Shown here: piece by piece, positions 44,220 through 54,717 of the stretch
How the letters are laid out: every line of letters starts with the position of its first letter
Position numbering within the stretch: the stretch's first letter is position 1
NCBI GenBank assembly: GCA_947446925.1
Contig: CANFHU010000014.1
Location: forward strand, 409-64,408
From: Flavobacteriia bacterium
GTDB lineage: Bacteria > Bacteroidota > Bacteroidia > Flavobacteriales_D > Crocinitomicaceae
DNA: 64,000 nucleotides
Direction: 5' to 3'
Made by a program: the position numbers and the translations under genes
Notes under the pieces: model-generated
What the model saw: only the letters and a program-made list of their open reading frames with translations
Told to the model about the DNA's origin: nothing
Databases searched by the model: none

Positions 44220-44687
44220 TTATACAGTATAAAAAAACACAACATTCAATATTGTCATTCCTATGAATGTTAGAAGTCTAGCTTTGGTTGAATATTGAGT
44301 TTGCGCTAGAAAACTTGATTTAAAGTATAAAATCAACATCTCTGTAAAAATGATAAACTTCAAGAATGTGATTACATCCATTTTAAGAAGAAAAAATTTT
44401 GTAAATATTTCATTCGACAAGTAGATTGCAATTAAAAAAAAAGAAATTTTTCGTTGTCTTTTTAGAAGTAGAACAATCAGTGTAAGTACTCCGATTCCAA
44501 AATAAAGTGTAGATGACCAAAAAAAAATGAAATAAACCCCCCAAGTAGAGTTTATACCTAATAGTTTCGTTTCGTAAAACGTATAATTTATGCATTTAGT
44601 TAAATTACTAATGTTTACCGCCAGTAAAAAAAGTAAAGAAACAACTACAATTAGTTTTGGTGAAATGAATTTATATTTTGCTTGCAT
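44220..44687 (-). CDS. Hypothetical multi-pass membrane protein
   Basis: 155 aa with four or five hydrophobic segments. Very AT-rich. Confidence 0.4.
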   Translation of the reverse strand: MQAKYKFISPKLIVVVSLLFLLAVNISNLTKCINYTFYETKLLGINSTWGVYFIFFWSSTLYFGIGVLTLIVLLLKRQRKISFFLIAIYLSNEIFTKFFLLKMDVITFLKFIIFTEMLILYFKSSFLAQTQYSTKARLLTFIGMTILNVVFFYTV

Positions 44688-44834
44688 AATGTTTCTATTT
44701 TGTCACCTCCCTTAATCCCTGTACTACCGCTTGGTCTTCGTAAGCATTGCTTTCTCTCCTCGAGGAGGGAAACTTATGTTTTGCGTTTAATATTTAAAAC
44801 TTTCTATCATCACTTCGTCACACGTAACTCGTCA

Positions 44835-47312
44835 CTAGTTTGGGTCTACGTCCACATGCATCCTCACCGCCTTATTCATCGGCACGCTATAAAACATATC
44901 AATAATTTCTTGGATACGTTCCTTAACCTGACGATTATTAACTTCTCGTTCCACTTTTAAAGTTATCTGCTTCAAGAAATAATTGTTGATACGCGGTATA
45001 ATTGGATATTCGGGCCCTAATACACGTTCTTTAAATACTTCACGCAAAGAATTTGCGAGTTCAATGGCAGAGCGATCGACCTGATTGGAATCCTTATGTT
45101 TTAAAGTTAGTTGAATAATTTTGTAGAATGGTGGGTAAAAGAAGTTGCGACGTTCTGTAATTTCATTGCTGTAGAAACTTTGGAAATCGTGTTGAATTAC
45201 CTTTTGAATAATCCAATGCTCTGGTTGTCCAGTTTGGATAATTACTTTACCACGTTTTTTGCGTCGACCGGCACGACCGGCAACTTGTGACATCAATTGA
45301 TAACTGCGTTCAAACGCACGGAAGTCTGGACGATTTAACATCATATCTGCATCGAGTATCCCAACTAAATTCACATTGTCGAAATCTAATCCTTTGGTAA
45401 TCATCTGGGTTCCAATAAGTACATCAATAGCGCCACTTCCAAAATCTTCAATGATCGTTTGATACGCATTCTTCGCACGGGTAGAGTCTAAGTCCAAACG
45501 CTTAATGACCTTGTTAGGGAACATGATACTTAATTCATCTTCAATTTTTTCGGTTCCAAATCCTTGCATGCGTAAACGATTGCTTCCGCAGTTGTTACAG
45601 GTACCTACTGGTGGTGTGCAATAACCGCAATAGTGACATTTTAAGGTGTTGGAATGTTTATGGTAGGTTAAACTTACATCACAGTTTTTACATTGAGGTG
45701 TCCAGGAACAAACTTCACAATGCCAACTTGGAGTATAACCACGGCGATTTTGAAACAAGATGATTTGACCATTGCGCTTTAATTCTTCCTCCATGGCTGT
45801 CATCAAAAAGGAGGAGATGTGCGAATGCATCGTATCCATACGTCGCTCTTCTTTCACATCCGCACAAAAGATTTCAGGCAATTGTAAACCTCCATGTCGG
45901 TTGGTTAATTCTACCAAGCCAAATTTGCCACTTTTTGCATTGTAATAATTTTCAATGGACGGTGTCGCGGAACCCAACAATACTTTCGCTTTATGAATTG
46001 TTCCCAATACAATAGAAGCGTCACGCGCATTGTAACGTGGAGATGGATCATATTGTTTATACGAACTTTCATGTTCTTCATCAATAATAATTAATCCTAA
46101 ATTGGTAAAGGGTAAAAAGATGGAAGATCGCGCGCCCATCACAATGCGATACCGATGCGGATCGTTGTGCAACACATGATTCCAAATTTCTACACGTTCA
46201 TTTTGGTTGAACTTGGAATGATACACACCAATCGCATCGCCGAAATGGATCGAAAGTCGTTGGATTAATTGTGTGGTAAGTGCTATTTCAGGTAATAGGA
46301 ATAATACTTGTTTCCCTTGTTCCAATTGTTCTTGGATGAGGTCAATGTAAATTTCTGTTTTACCAGAGCCAGTTACGCCATGTAATAAACAAACCTCTTT
46401 CGTTTTAAACGATTCTTGTATTTCTTCGAGTGCCTTTTGTTGAATGTCGGATAATTTTTTTGCCTCTTTAAGGGAACTATCTTTAATATGTATTCGGTCT
46501 ACTTGTAGTTTCTCAAGAAATAAAATATTGTTTTTGACCAAGGTTTCTAATGCAGATTTAGATGCACCTTTTTCTTCCAGTACTTTTTTCGCAATTGGTG
46601 TTGCAAAATTATGGGCAACTTCCTGTAAAAACAGTAAAAGCGCATGTAGTTGTTTTTCTTTACTTTTTTGTCCTTCTAGTTGTACTATATAATCTTGTAG
46701 GTGCATTTCATCGTGAAAGAATTCATCTAAAAAATAATAACTTGCCGTTTTTGGAACGTATTTGTCATTCAATTCTTCTAAGGAAATAACCATTTTTGCG
46801 TCCAACATTTGTTTGATGATAGGTTGAACGGTTTTTATTCCTAATAACTCAGAAATTTCTTTTAAGTCTAAACTTTCTTTAATATCAAGCGATTCGATTA
46901 TTTGAAGCATACGCGCATTTTGTATGTCTTTATTTCGGTCGAAGTCTGGGTGAAATACAATTTTTGTTTCGGATGCTAACTTAAAGTTGGAAGGGAGAGC
47001 TGCACTCAATACATCCCCAATTGGAGCCATGTAATATTCCGAAATCCATTTCCAAAATACGTGCTGGGTTTTAGTCGTAATTGGTGTTGCATCCAACAAG
47101 TGCTCAATAAATTTCGCTTGATATCCTGCAGGTATTTCTTCGTGTATTTTAGTAATTATACCTGTATACAACTTGCCTTTTCCAAAAGGTACCACAACGC
47201 GCATGCCTACACCAATTTGATCATTTAATTCAAAAGGTACGCGATAGGTAAATTCGTTGCGTACTGCAATTGGTAAAATGACATTAACAAAAAGGGTGGT
47301 GCGGTCAGACAT
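44835..47312 (-). CDS. priA: Primosomal protein N' (replication restart helicase)
   Basis: GVTGSGKTEIY, DEEH, and the Zn-binding CxxC clusters CKNCDVSLTYHKHSNTLKCHYCG. 825 aa. Confidence 0.92.
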   Translation of the reverse strand: MSDRTTLFVNVILPIAVRNEFTYRVPFELNDQIGVGMRVVVPFGKGKLYTGIITKIHEEIPAGYQAKFIEHLLDATPITTKTQHVFWKWISEYYMAPIGDVLSAALPSNFKLASETKIVFHPDFDRNKDIQNARMLQIIESLDIKESLDLKEISELLGIKTVQPIIKQMLDAKMVISLEELNDKYVPKTASYYFLDEFFHDEMHLQDYIVQLEGQKSKEKQLHALLLFLQEVAHNFATPIAKKVLEEKGASKSALETLVKNNILFLEKLQVDRIHIKDSSLKEAKKLSDIQQKALEEIQESFKTKEVCLLHGVTGSGKTEIYIDLIQEQLEQGKQVLFLLPEIALTTQLIQRLSIHFGDAIGVYHSKFNQNERVEIWNHVLHNDPHRYRIVMGARSSIFLPFTNLGLIIIDEEHESSYKQYDPSPRYNARDASIVLGTIHKAKVLLGSATPSIENYYNAKSGKFGLVELTNRHGGLQLPEIFCADVKEERRMDTMHSHISSFLMTAMEEELKRNGQIILFQNRRGYTPSWHCEVCSWTPQCKNCDVSLTYHKHSNTLKCHYCGYCTPPVGTCNNCGSNRLRMQGFGTEKIEDELSIMFPNKVIKRLDLDSTRAKNAYQTIIEDFGSGAIDVLIGTQMITKGLDFDNVNLVGILDADMMLNRPDFRAFERSYQLMSQVAGRAGRRKKRGKVIIQTGQPEHWIIQKVIQHDFQSFYSNEITERRNFFYPPFYKIIQLTLKHKDSNQVDRSAIELANSLREVFKERVLGPEYPIIPRINNYFLKQITLKVEREVNNRQVKERIQEIIDMFYSVPMNKAVRMHVDVDPN

Positions 47313-47315
47313 AAA

Positions 47316-48419
47316 TTAGTTGCAGAAATAGGTGGTTTTACTATCCGCAGAGACATCCGAGCAAAACTTTAATTTGTTTGTGTAAGCTCCTAAACATAGT
47401 TCTTTCGTGGATTGCGCATCTAAAGCACGAATGGAATTTTGCCCTACATTATCCGAACTTAATTTAAGTTCTGATTTTAAGTTTCGTGCAGTAAAAATTC
47501 CGATAACACGCATTCCATTGGTTGCACTTAAATTCGTATAATTAATTTTATTTTGAGCAAGGGAAGAACTAGGTTTGTTAAGTGTAATGTAATTGTATAA
47601 TACATCCGAAGCAAATGTTACTCGAAGTTCAATAGATGCTAACTGTCTTTTAGTAATTGCTGAATTTTCGGTGCAGTTTTTAACGATTAATGGATAAAAT
47701 GCGGTTCCTAATGCATTAATACCAGCACTTGTTGCATTTGGAGTAACATCCATATCTCCTACATTCCAATCAAATGATTTTAAGGTGAAATTTTGACCAA
47801 TATACTCACGAATTGTGATCCGAAGTGCTGTATTTGTGGTTACAGCAGTTCCTGGTTTAAATTTAATCCCCGTACTATAATATTCTGGTTTATCAATGAT
47901 TCCATTTGCAAAACTATAATTTGTACCGTTAGAAACAGGATAAAGTAACGAGTTGCCATAAATCAATTCGGTAGCCGCTGTTACCTCAAATTTATTCTGC
48001 TCAAATTTTCCACGAAACAGATATGTTCTTCCACTTTCACCGACCAAAGGATTATTTTTACTAGTTTCAAAATAATAAACTTTCTGTTTTGGCCCGTAAA
48101 AAATCCCTGGTTCTTTATTATCTAGGATAGTGTCTCGTAATTTCCATTTGCGAAGTGTATCCCCTTTTTTTATTTCATAAATATATGCTTGTACATCTTT
48201 GAAATAACTTGAATCCGGTACTTGAGCCACTTCTATGGAATTATTGGTTCCTGAGTAAGCACGATTTATTTTTACATAGTGAATTGTATCCGCTTGATCC
48301 AATAAACCATAAATAACTGCAGTTTCCTTTTGGTCATTCGTCAGAGTAATCGTTTCCTTACAAGAAGTAAATGTTAGAAAGACTAATAAAAACGAAAAGA
48401 ATACAAGAATATGTTTCAT
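47316..48419 (-). CDS. Lipoprotein, possibly DUF4249-like
   Basis: Lipobox FLTFTSC. The early VIYGLLDQADTIHYVKINRAY pattern weakly resembles DUF4249. Confidence 0.4.
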   Translation of the reverse strand: MKHILVFFSFLLVFLTFTSCKETITLTNDQKETAVIYGLLDQADTIHYVKINRAYSGTNNSIEVAQVPDSSYFKDVQAYIYEIKKGDTLRKWKLRDTILDNKEPGIFYGPKQKVYYFETSKNNPLVGESGRTYLFRGKFEQNKFEVTAATELIYGNSLLYPVSNGTNYSFANGIIDKPEYYSTGIKFKPGTAVTTNTALRITIREYIGQNFTLKSFDWNVGDMDVTPNATSAGINALGTAFYPLIVKNCTENSAITKRQLASIELRVTFASDVLYNYITLNKPSSSLAQNKINYTNLSATNGMRVIGIFTARNLKSELKLSSDNVGQNSIRALDAQSTKELCLGAYTNKLKFCSDVSADSKTTYFCN

Positions 48420-48422
48420 AGT

Positions 48423-49490
48423 TTAAGATTTGTATCTGCTAAAGCGCATGAAGGATAACATCCATTTAGGTAAATGTTTTTCTTGATTGCGATTTTTTAA
48501 ATGAATGTACCAACCGATTTTTTTGATTAGTGGAACTTTATGTGTTTCAACGAATTCAATCATCGTTCCGTCTGGGTCCTCAATATAACTAAAACGACCT
48601 CCTGCTTCACCCATATCAAATGTTTCTCCAGTATCTACAGTGAATGGAAAACCAGCTTCGATACAGTCTTTTTTTAATGCGTCAATACGTTGAATGTCAA
48701 AACATAAATGTATGAATCCCCAATCTCCCCAATAACGGTTTTTAAATATTTTCTTACAATCTGTTCTATCAATTGCTTGGATTAATTCAATTTCACTAGA
48801 TCCTAATAATTGTGCAAATGGTCCTTTTCTAGGTGCAGGGTGACGTAATAAAACGCGTCTAACCACTCCTGTACCTCCTGCTAAATCTTGGTAGGCTTTG
48901 AAAGAACGTTGTTCATCATAAACGATTTCTGAATAGCCAAGTAGGTCTTTATAAAGTTTGAGTGAGTTTTCAATATTGCTTACACCAATTACTGCACCAC
49001 TTACCCCTCCAGTTTTAGAAGGAAATTTAGTGTCAATAAACCAATCTAACCCTTCTACAACTTCAAATAAATTGTCATTCGGGTCACGTACGAAGAAATG
49101 TAATTTACCCTCAGGTGTTTGCTCTAATTTACTAACCAAGTTGGCACCATGGGTTGTAAAATAATTGAATGTTGCACGAATATCTTTGGATTTTACTTTA
49201 CAAGCATAAATACCAAAATCACCAAGTTGGATTTCAAAACTTGCTTTTTCGGTATTTCGAGAAGTAAATTGCCAAATTTCAAATCCTCCACCGCCTTCTA
49301 GATTCATCGCAAGTGTCGCTGTTCTTGTTTGTACAACTCCGCCGGTATAATGTATCATCGGTGCAGCAGGAGCGGCTTCTTCAAAAACCTTTATATCCAT
49401 TCCGAAGAATGTACGGTACCATTCCCAAATTTCAGTAACATTAGGAACTCCAATCCCCATTTGCTGTATGCCACAAATTATTTTTTCCAT
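48423..49490 (-). CDS. VOC (glyoxalase/bleomycin-resistance/dioxygenase) family protein, multi-module
   Basis: Repeated beta-alpha-beta-beta-beta modules containing H...E metal-ligand patterns (HLCF, FIEDPDG, FEVVE). Confidence 0.6.
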   Translation of the reverse strand: MEKIICGIQQMGIGVPNVTEIWEWYRTFFGMDIKVFEEAAPAAPMIHYTGGVVQTRTATLAMNLEGGGGFEIWQFTSRNTEKASFEIQLGDFGIYACKVKSKDIRATFNYFTTHGANLVSKLEQTPEGKLHFFVRDPNDNLFEVVEGLDWFIDTKFPSKTGGVSGAVIGVSNIENSLKLYKDLLGYSEIVYDEQRSFKAYQDLAGGTGVVRRVLLRHPAPRKGPFAQLLGSSEIELIQAIDRTDCKKIFKNRYWGDWGFIHLCFDIQRIDALKKDCIEAGFPFTVDTGETFDMGEAGGRFSYIEDPDGTMIEFVETHKVPLIKKIGWYIHLKNRNQEKHLPKWMLSFMRFSRYKS

Positions 49491-49590
49491 TATTTATAGG
49501 TTAAAGACCACTTCTTTCAAAGATAAAAAAACTTTTACATTGCGACATCTTTTGCCTATCCATCTATCTTCTTTTATCTAGAAATTAAAG

Positions 49591-51966
49591 TTATCGAATT
49601 GCTCGTTCATTGAATAGTAAGTAACCATAACTAAATTGAACAAAAAATGGATTTTTTTGTTTCGGAAAATAATTGGTTGCCAGACGAATTGGACCAATCG
49701 GACTATGGTAAATGACCGAGGAGGAAATCAAATATTCCGATAATAGGGAGGGCTTGTCATAATTTCCCATAAGTAAATTCGTCTTGGTAATTTCTTTAAA
49801 AGGTTGATATAGATAAGAATCGATGCGAACATCAAGGGATTTGTGTAAAGAAAATATAAAGTTTGTACCGATTCCGATGAACTGTGGAGAGCGGTATTCT
49901 GGTAGAAAAATGGTTTGACAATCTGGAAATGGTGAAAAATCATTCATACTCAAGATGGAAGCGGTGTAATTGGAAAATAATGTTTGTGAACTAAAGGTAG
50001 ATTTCAATTGGACACCAATATTTAAACGTGATTTTTCAAAAAAGTACCACTGTAATTCTGGTTGTATACTTACCCATGCATGTTTTTTATGGATAGCATA
50101 TTTCAGTAGGGATGTAGATCCTGATTCACTGTCTTCATCGCCATTTACATACTTGAATTTAACAGAGAATAATTTACCTTTGCTAGCAAATTGCTTGCGA
50201 TTCAAGGTGTTATATTCGATATTCCAACGTAGATGGATTCCTTTAAATGAGGTGAAGTCTGTGGTGTCTTTATTAGTGAAATTTTCTGTTTGATAATACT
50301 CATCGGTGGTTTTAAAAAGTCGAATATCATAGGTACTATTGGTGTGGTTTCCAATAGGATGTTTTAGTTTAAACCCTTGGTAGATTTCGTTTTGTACTAA
50401 AAAAGAGGGTTTTACTTCTTCGAAAAAACTGGATAAACTCCTAAAATAATCCCAACGATTCATGACATAATATGCACTAAACGTAACTGGAGTTTTGGTA
50501 GGTAATTCTAGGTCTGCCTGAAATTTTAAAGAACCATAAAACTTTCCAAAATAAGAATTCATTTTTAAGGTTAGAAGTTGATTTTTAAGTGTCCGGTAGC
50601 TAATTCCTAAATAGCCAGTATTGACACTTCGAGAGGAAAAAAGTCCTCCGACTTCTAGTTCTATTTCTTTCGATTTTCTAGCTAATAATGCTAAATGATA
50701 GGTAGAATCTTTTTTTAGAATTAAAGTAGGGTAAGTAAAGTTAATTGCTGGATTAGCACTAAGTCGAAAATAATTTTTAGCAAATTCGGAACTATCGATG
50801 GATTTAGATTGAGGCAAAATACTTTTTTGAATAAAACGATTTGCTTTTTCATCACCGGAATTAGTAGAAACCGAACTGATGGTAAATGGAACTATTTTCG
50901 CTTTGAAGTTCTTACGGATCAAAGCAATTTCGGCAAGATTAGTTTCTCGATGTACTTTTTGTCGAATGGAATCAATCAAAGAAATCGTACTTCTGTATCC
51001 TGCATCAATAGCATCTGAAATTTCTTCAAACTCAAAGGTTGTAACATTCGTTTTAGGTTGGATTAAAATACCATTTTCTGTTGGTAATGTAAAGTTGGTA
51101 TGGCTTACCATCATGTTTATTACTTGACTAATTACATCGTGTTCTTCTGCTGCTTTATAATTGGAAGAAACATTAGATCCTATGATATAATCTGGTTTAA
51201 AATTGGAATACATAATGTCTGCCGGAAAGTTGTTGTATAACCCTCCGTCAAAAAGTAAATTGTTGTCGACTTTGATTGGATGTATAAAAAACGGGAAAGT
51301 AATAGATGCACGAACTACCTGATTAAGTTTGCCTTGGGAAAATAAAACACTTTTTTTATGGGTGATATCCGATGCTACGCAATTAAATGGAACCATTAAT
51401 TTTGAAAAATCACCACCTACACTTTCTCCTGCAGTTCCGAAAATACGCATCATTTCATAATCCAAATACGTCGAATTAATGAATTTAGTTGGAAAAAATC
51501 GTTTGTAAATGCTATCTGCTGCAAATGAAATTTTGATTAAATCGCCATTTAAATCATCTTGTTGAAAGTAAAAACGATCTTTTTGTTCTACTTCTCCACG
51601 AACCAACAATTGAAAACGATCACTTAATACATAGGCTTCAATTTCGTCTGGGGTATATCCTATTGCATATAAAGCGCCGATAAGTGCTCCAGATGAAGTT
51701 CCTGAAATATAATCGATTGGAATATGATTTTCTTCTAAAGCTTTAATAACTCCGATATGGGCAAAGCCAGTTGCACCACCACCGCTTAATACCAAACCAA
51801 CTTTTTGTGCCCTCGCGGTAAAACAGGCAAAACAAACGAGAAGTATTAGTACAATAGAGCGTTTCAATCTTTTACTTTTTCGTAAAAATACATCAAATTT
51901 AGGTGTTTGACGTATTTTAGATTGTATCTTTACCGACGAATTTCTATTAATTTGGAATTCAATCAA
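49591..51966 (-). CDS. Patatin-like phospholipase fused to a C-terminal outer-membrane beta-barrel (PlpD-like)
   Basis: GLVLSGGGATGFAHIG oxyanion motif, GTSSG lipase serine and DGG aspartate. A ~450-aa beta-rich C-terminal half ends ...FSYGYLLF. The start codon is uncertain (TTG). Confidence 0.8.
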   Translation of the reverse strand: MIEFQINRNSSVKIQSKIRQTPKFDVFLRKSKRLKRSIVLILLVCFACFTARAQKVGLVLSGGGATGFAHIGVIKALEENHIPIDYISGTSSGALIGALYAIGYTPDEIEAYVLSDRFQLLVRGEVEQKDRFYFQQDDLNGDLIKISFAADSIYKRFFPTKFINSTYLDYEMMRIFGTAGESVGGDFSKLMVPFNCVASDITHKKSVLFSQGKLNQVVRASITFPFFIHPIKVDNNLLFDGGLYNNFPADIMYSNFKPDYIIGSNVSSNYKAAEEHDVISQVINMMVSHTNFTLPTENGILIQPKTNVTTFEFEEISDAIDAGYRSTISLIDSIRQKVHRETNLAEIALIRKNFKAKIVPFTISSVSTNSGDEKANRFIQKSILPQSKSIDSSEFAKNYFRLSANPAINFTYPTLILKKDSTYHLALLARKSKEIELEVGGLFSSRSVNTGYLGISYRTLKNQLLTLKMNSYFGKFYGSLKFQADLELPTKTPVTFSAYYVMNRWDYFRSLSSFFEEVKPSFLVQNEIYQGFKLKHPIGNHTNSTYDIRLFKTTDEYYQTENFTNKDTTDFTSFKGIHLRWNIEYNTLNRKQFASKGKLFSVKFKYVNGDEDSESGSTSLLKYAIHKKHAWVSIQPELQWYFFEKSRLNIGVQLKSTFSSQTLFSNYTASILSMNDFSPFPDCQTIFLPEYRSPQFIGIGTNFIFSLHKSLDVRIDSYLYQPFKEITKTNLLMGNYDKPSLLSEYLISSSVIYHSPIGPIRLATNYFPKQKNPFFVQFSYGYLLFNERAIR

Positions 51967-51982
51967 ATGATTTTAGAACACT

Positions 51983-53146
51983 ATGGAAAATATCAAAATT
52001 ACCTTAAAAACGATCTTTGGATTAGAAAAAGTACTTAAGGAAGAACTAGAAGAATTAGGGTACAAACAAACAGAACAATTAAATCGTGCTGTTCAGTTAA
52101 TGGGGACTTGGGAAGATGTTTATTTCTTGAATTTACATGTACGATGTGCAATTTGCGTATTGGTAGAGTTGAAGACGTTTAAAATTCGTGACGAAAAGGA
52201 TTTGTACAAACAAGCTATGAAAATAGATTGGACTAGTTACTTCTCAAGCGATAAAACATTTGCTGTAAGAGGCGCAGTGCAATCTAAACTATTCTCGCAT
52301 ACACAATATCCATATTTATTATTAAAAGATGCGATTGTAGATGTGTTTAGAGATAAAACAGGCGATCGCCCAGATGTAAGTTTAAAATCACCTCAAGTCG
52401 TATTTGATTTATACATTAAAGAAGATTTTGTCACTTTATCGTTGAATACAAGTGGTGCGCCATTATTTCATAGAGGATATCGTTTTGAAGTAGGGGAGGC
52501 TCCGATGAATGAAGTGGTTGCTGCTGGATTAATTCGTTTATCTGGATGGGATAAAAAATCTGCATTTATAGATCCTTTTTGTGGTTCTGGTACTATATTG
52601 ATAGAAGCAGCGTTACTTGCTGCAAATATACCTTCCAATATAGAACGTGTGCATTATGCGTTCAAAAATTTTAAAAACTATAATGAAGCCTTGTGGGAAG
52701 GGATTTACCATAAAGCAAATAAACGCGCAGCGGAATTTGATTTTCCAATTATTGGCTCAGATATCGATTCAGAAATGGTATTGATGGCAAAACGTAACTT
52801 AAGAGGTTTGCCGATTTCTAGAAATGTGACAATTACCACCGCACCTTTTAATGAAGTGAAAAAACCTGCGGATAAAGGAACATTAATTTGTAATCCTCCA
52901 TATGGTATGCGTATTGGAGAGAATATTGAAGAAATGTATGCGGAATTAGGTGATTGGTTCAAAAATGAATTGAAAGGATATTCTTGCTGGGTTATTTCAG
53001 CAAATGAAGACGCACTGAAACATGTTGGTTTAAAACCAGATTCTAAAGTAAAATTGTTTAACGGTGATTTAGAATGTAGTTACCGTCAATACAATATTTT
53101 TGATGGTTTCCGAAAAGACGTGTTACAACGTGAACACAATGCGTAA
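51983..53146 (+). CDS. THUMP-domain class I SAM-dependent RNA methyltransferase (COG0116 type)
   Basis: N-terminal THUMP-like region, DPFCGSGT and NPPYGMRIG motifs. Confidence 0.85.
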   Translation: MENIKITLKTIFGLEKVLKEELEELGYKQTEQLNRAVQLMGTWEDVYFLNLHVRCAICVLVELKTFKIRDEKDLYKQAMKIDWTSYFSSDKTFAVRGAVQSKLFSHTQYPYLLLKDAIVDVFRDKTGDRPDVSLKSPQVVFDLYIKEDFVTLSLNTSGAPLFHRGYRFEVGEAPMNEVVAAGLIRLSGWDKKSAFIDPFCGSGTILIEAALLAANIPSNIERVHYAFKNFKNYNEALWEGIYHKANKRAAEFDFPIIGSDIDSEMVLMAKRNLRGLPISRNVTITTAPFNEVKKPADKGTLICNPPYGMRIGENIEEMYAELGDWFKNELKGYSCWVISANEDALKHVGLKPDSKVKLFNGDLECSYRQYNIFDGFRKDVLQREHNA

Positions 53147-53166
53147 CCTATAAATTGTAATTAAAT

Positions 53167-53196
53167 AAAAAAACCACCTTTTGGGTGGTTTTTTTA
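53167..53196. terminator. Bidirectional rho-independent terminator
   Basis: A run, AACCACC / GGTGGTT stem, then T run, lying between convergent genes. Confidence 0.75.
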
Positions 53197-53243
53197 TTAT
53201 CTATAAATGCATGATTTATAATGCATAAATCATAATCTTGTTA

Positions 53244-54530
53244 TTATCTTTTTTCAATTGGAACATATTCACGTAATACTTCACCAGTGTAAATTTGTCT
53301 TGGTCTTCCAATTGGTTCTTTATTTTCAGTCATTTCTTTCCATTGTGCAATCCATCCTGGAAGACGACCTATTGCAAACATTACTGTAAACATTTCAGTT
53401 GGTATTCCTAATGCTTTGTATATAATACCAGAATAGAAATCTACGTTTGGATACAAGTTTCTTGATTTGAAGTATTCATCTTCCAATGCAACTTGTTCTA
53501 ATTTTTTAGCAATTGCTAATAATGGGTCGTTTACTCCTAATTTTGTTAAGATATCATCACATGCTTTTTTGATGATTTTTGCACGTGGGTCAAAGTTTTT
53601 ATAAACTCTATGACCGAATCCCATTAAACGGAAAGAATCTTCTTTATCTTTTGCTTTTAATACCCATTTATCTACATCTCCACCATCAGCGTGGATTTTC
53701 TCTAACATTTCAATTACTTCTTGGTTTGCACCTCCGTGAAGTGGTCCCCAAAGTGCAGAAATACCAGCGGAAATGGAAGCGTATAAATTTGCTTGCGATG
53801 AACCTACGATACGAACAGTAGAAGTTGAACAGTTTTGCTCGTGGTCAGCATGTAAAATAAATAATTTGTTTAAAGCATCTACAACAACAGGATCTACCTT
53901 AAATTCTTCTGTTGGCATTGCAAACATCATGTACAAGAAGTTTTTACAGTAGTCATATTCATTTTTAGGGTACATGAATGGATGACGTGTAGAATTCTTG
54001 TACGCCCAAGCAGCTAAAGTTGGTAATTTTGCTAATAAACGCAAGATAGTCAGGTCTTTTGCTTGAGGGCTTCTATTTGGATCTAAGGATTCAGGATAGA
54101 ATGTAGAAAGTGAACATACCATAGAAGAAAGAACCCCCATTGGATGTGCTTTCGCTGGATATGCTTCAAAGAATTGTTTCATGTCCTCATGAACCAATGT
54201 ATGTTTTGTAATATTTGAACGGAAAGTTTCTAATTCAGTAACAGTAGGTAAATTTCCATAAATCAACAAATAGGCAACTTCAATAAATGTTGCTTTTTCT
54301 GCTAACTCTTCAATAGGATACCCTCTGTATTTCAAGATACCTTCCTCTCCATCTAAAAATGTGATAGCACTAGTCGTTGCACCTGTATTTTTGTAACCAG
54401 TATCCAATGTTACATACCCTGTTGCAGCACGTAGGTTACTAATGTCAATTGCTTTTTCGTTTTCTGTTCCTTCGATTACTGGAAACTCATACGTTGTTCC
54501 TCCTAATTCAATTTTAGCTGTTTCGCTCAT
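53244..54530 (-). CDS. gltA: Citrate synthase
   Basis: LHADHEQNCSTS and GFGHRVYKNFDPRA signatures. The ATG at 54530 gives 428 aa. Confidence 0.92.
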   Translation of the reverse strand: MSETAKIELGGTTYEFPVIEGTENEKAIDISNLRAATGYVTLDTGYKNTGATTSAITFLDGEEGILKYRGYPIEELAEKATFIEVAYLLIYGNLPTVTELETFRSNITKHTLVHEDMKQFFEAYPAKAHPMGVLSSMVCSLSTFYPESLDPNRSPQAKDLTILRLLAKLPTLAAWAYKNSTRHPFMYPKNEYDYCKNFLYMMFAMPTEEFKVDPVVVDALNKLFILHADHEQNCSTSTVRIVGSSQANLYASISAGISALWGPLHGGANQEVIEMLEKIHADGGDVDKWVLKAKDKEDSFRLMGFGHRVYKNFDPRAKIIKKACDDILTKLGVNDPLLAIAKKLEQVALEDEYFKSRNLYPNVDFYSGIIYKALGIPTEMFTVMFAIGRLPGWIAQWKEMTENKEPIGRPRQIYTGEVLREYVPIEKR

Positions 54531-54717
54531 AAAGTCATATTTTTTATAACGCAACTAAATTAATAAACAATAATGTAATCCACTACTTTTTTTGAATAAG
54601 ATTTATAAATAATTATTCAAGTTGTAAATCATGTATTTGCTGTTTAAAATCACGTTGATTTACATGTAATTTGATTGTTTTTTTGGATTCTTACCTAAAA
54701 GAATCGTATTTAAGTTT

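Noticed and set aside
36837-44834. Calling the AT-rich segments (36837-39200, 43194-44687) mobile elements or genomic islands.
   Set aside because: No integrase, transposase, tRNA target or clear terminal repeats of an element are visible. Only the composition and local word repeats stand out, so they are reported as observations rather than mobile_element features.
44682-44960. 92-aa plus-strand ORF spanning the 44688-44834 gap and the priA 3' end.
   Set aside because: It is composed of repeat words and antisense priA sequence.
54620-54717. Terminator for the DPP-IV gene: inverted repeats TGTAAATCA/TGATTTACA and GATTCTT/AAGAATC.
   Set aside because: On the minus strand neither stem is followed by a U run, and the T run precedes the stem. 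The evidence is not good enough to call.
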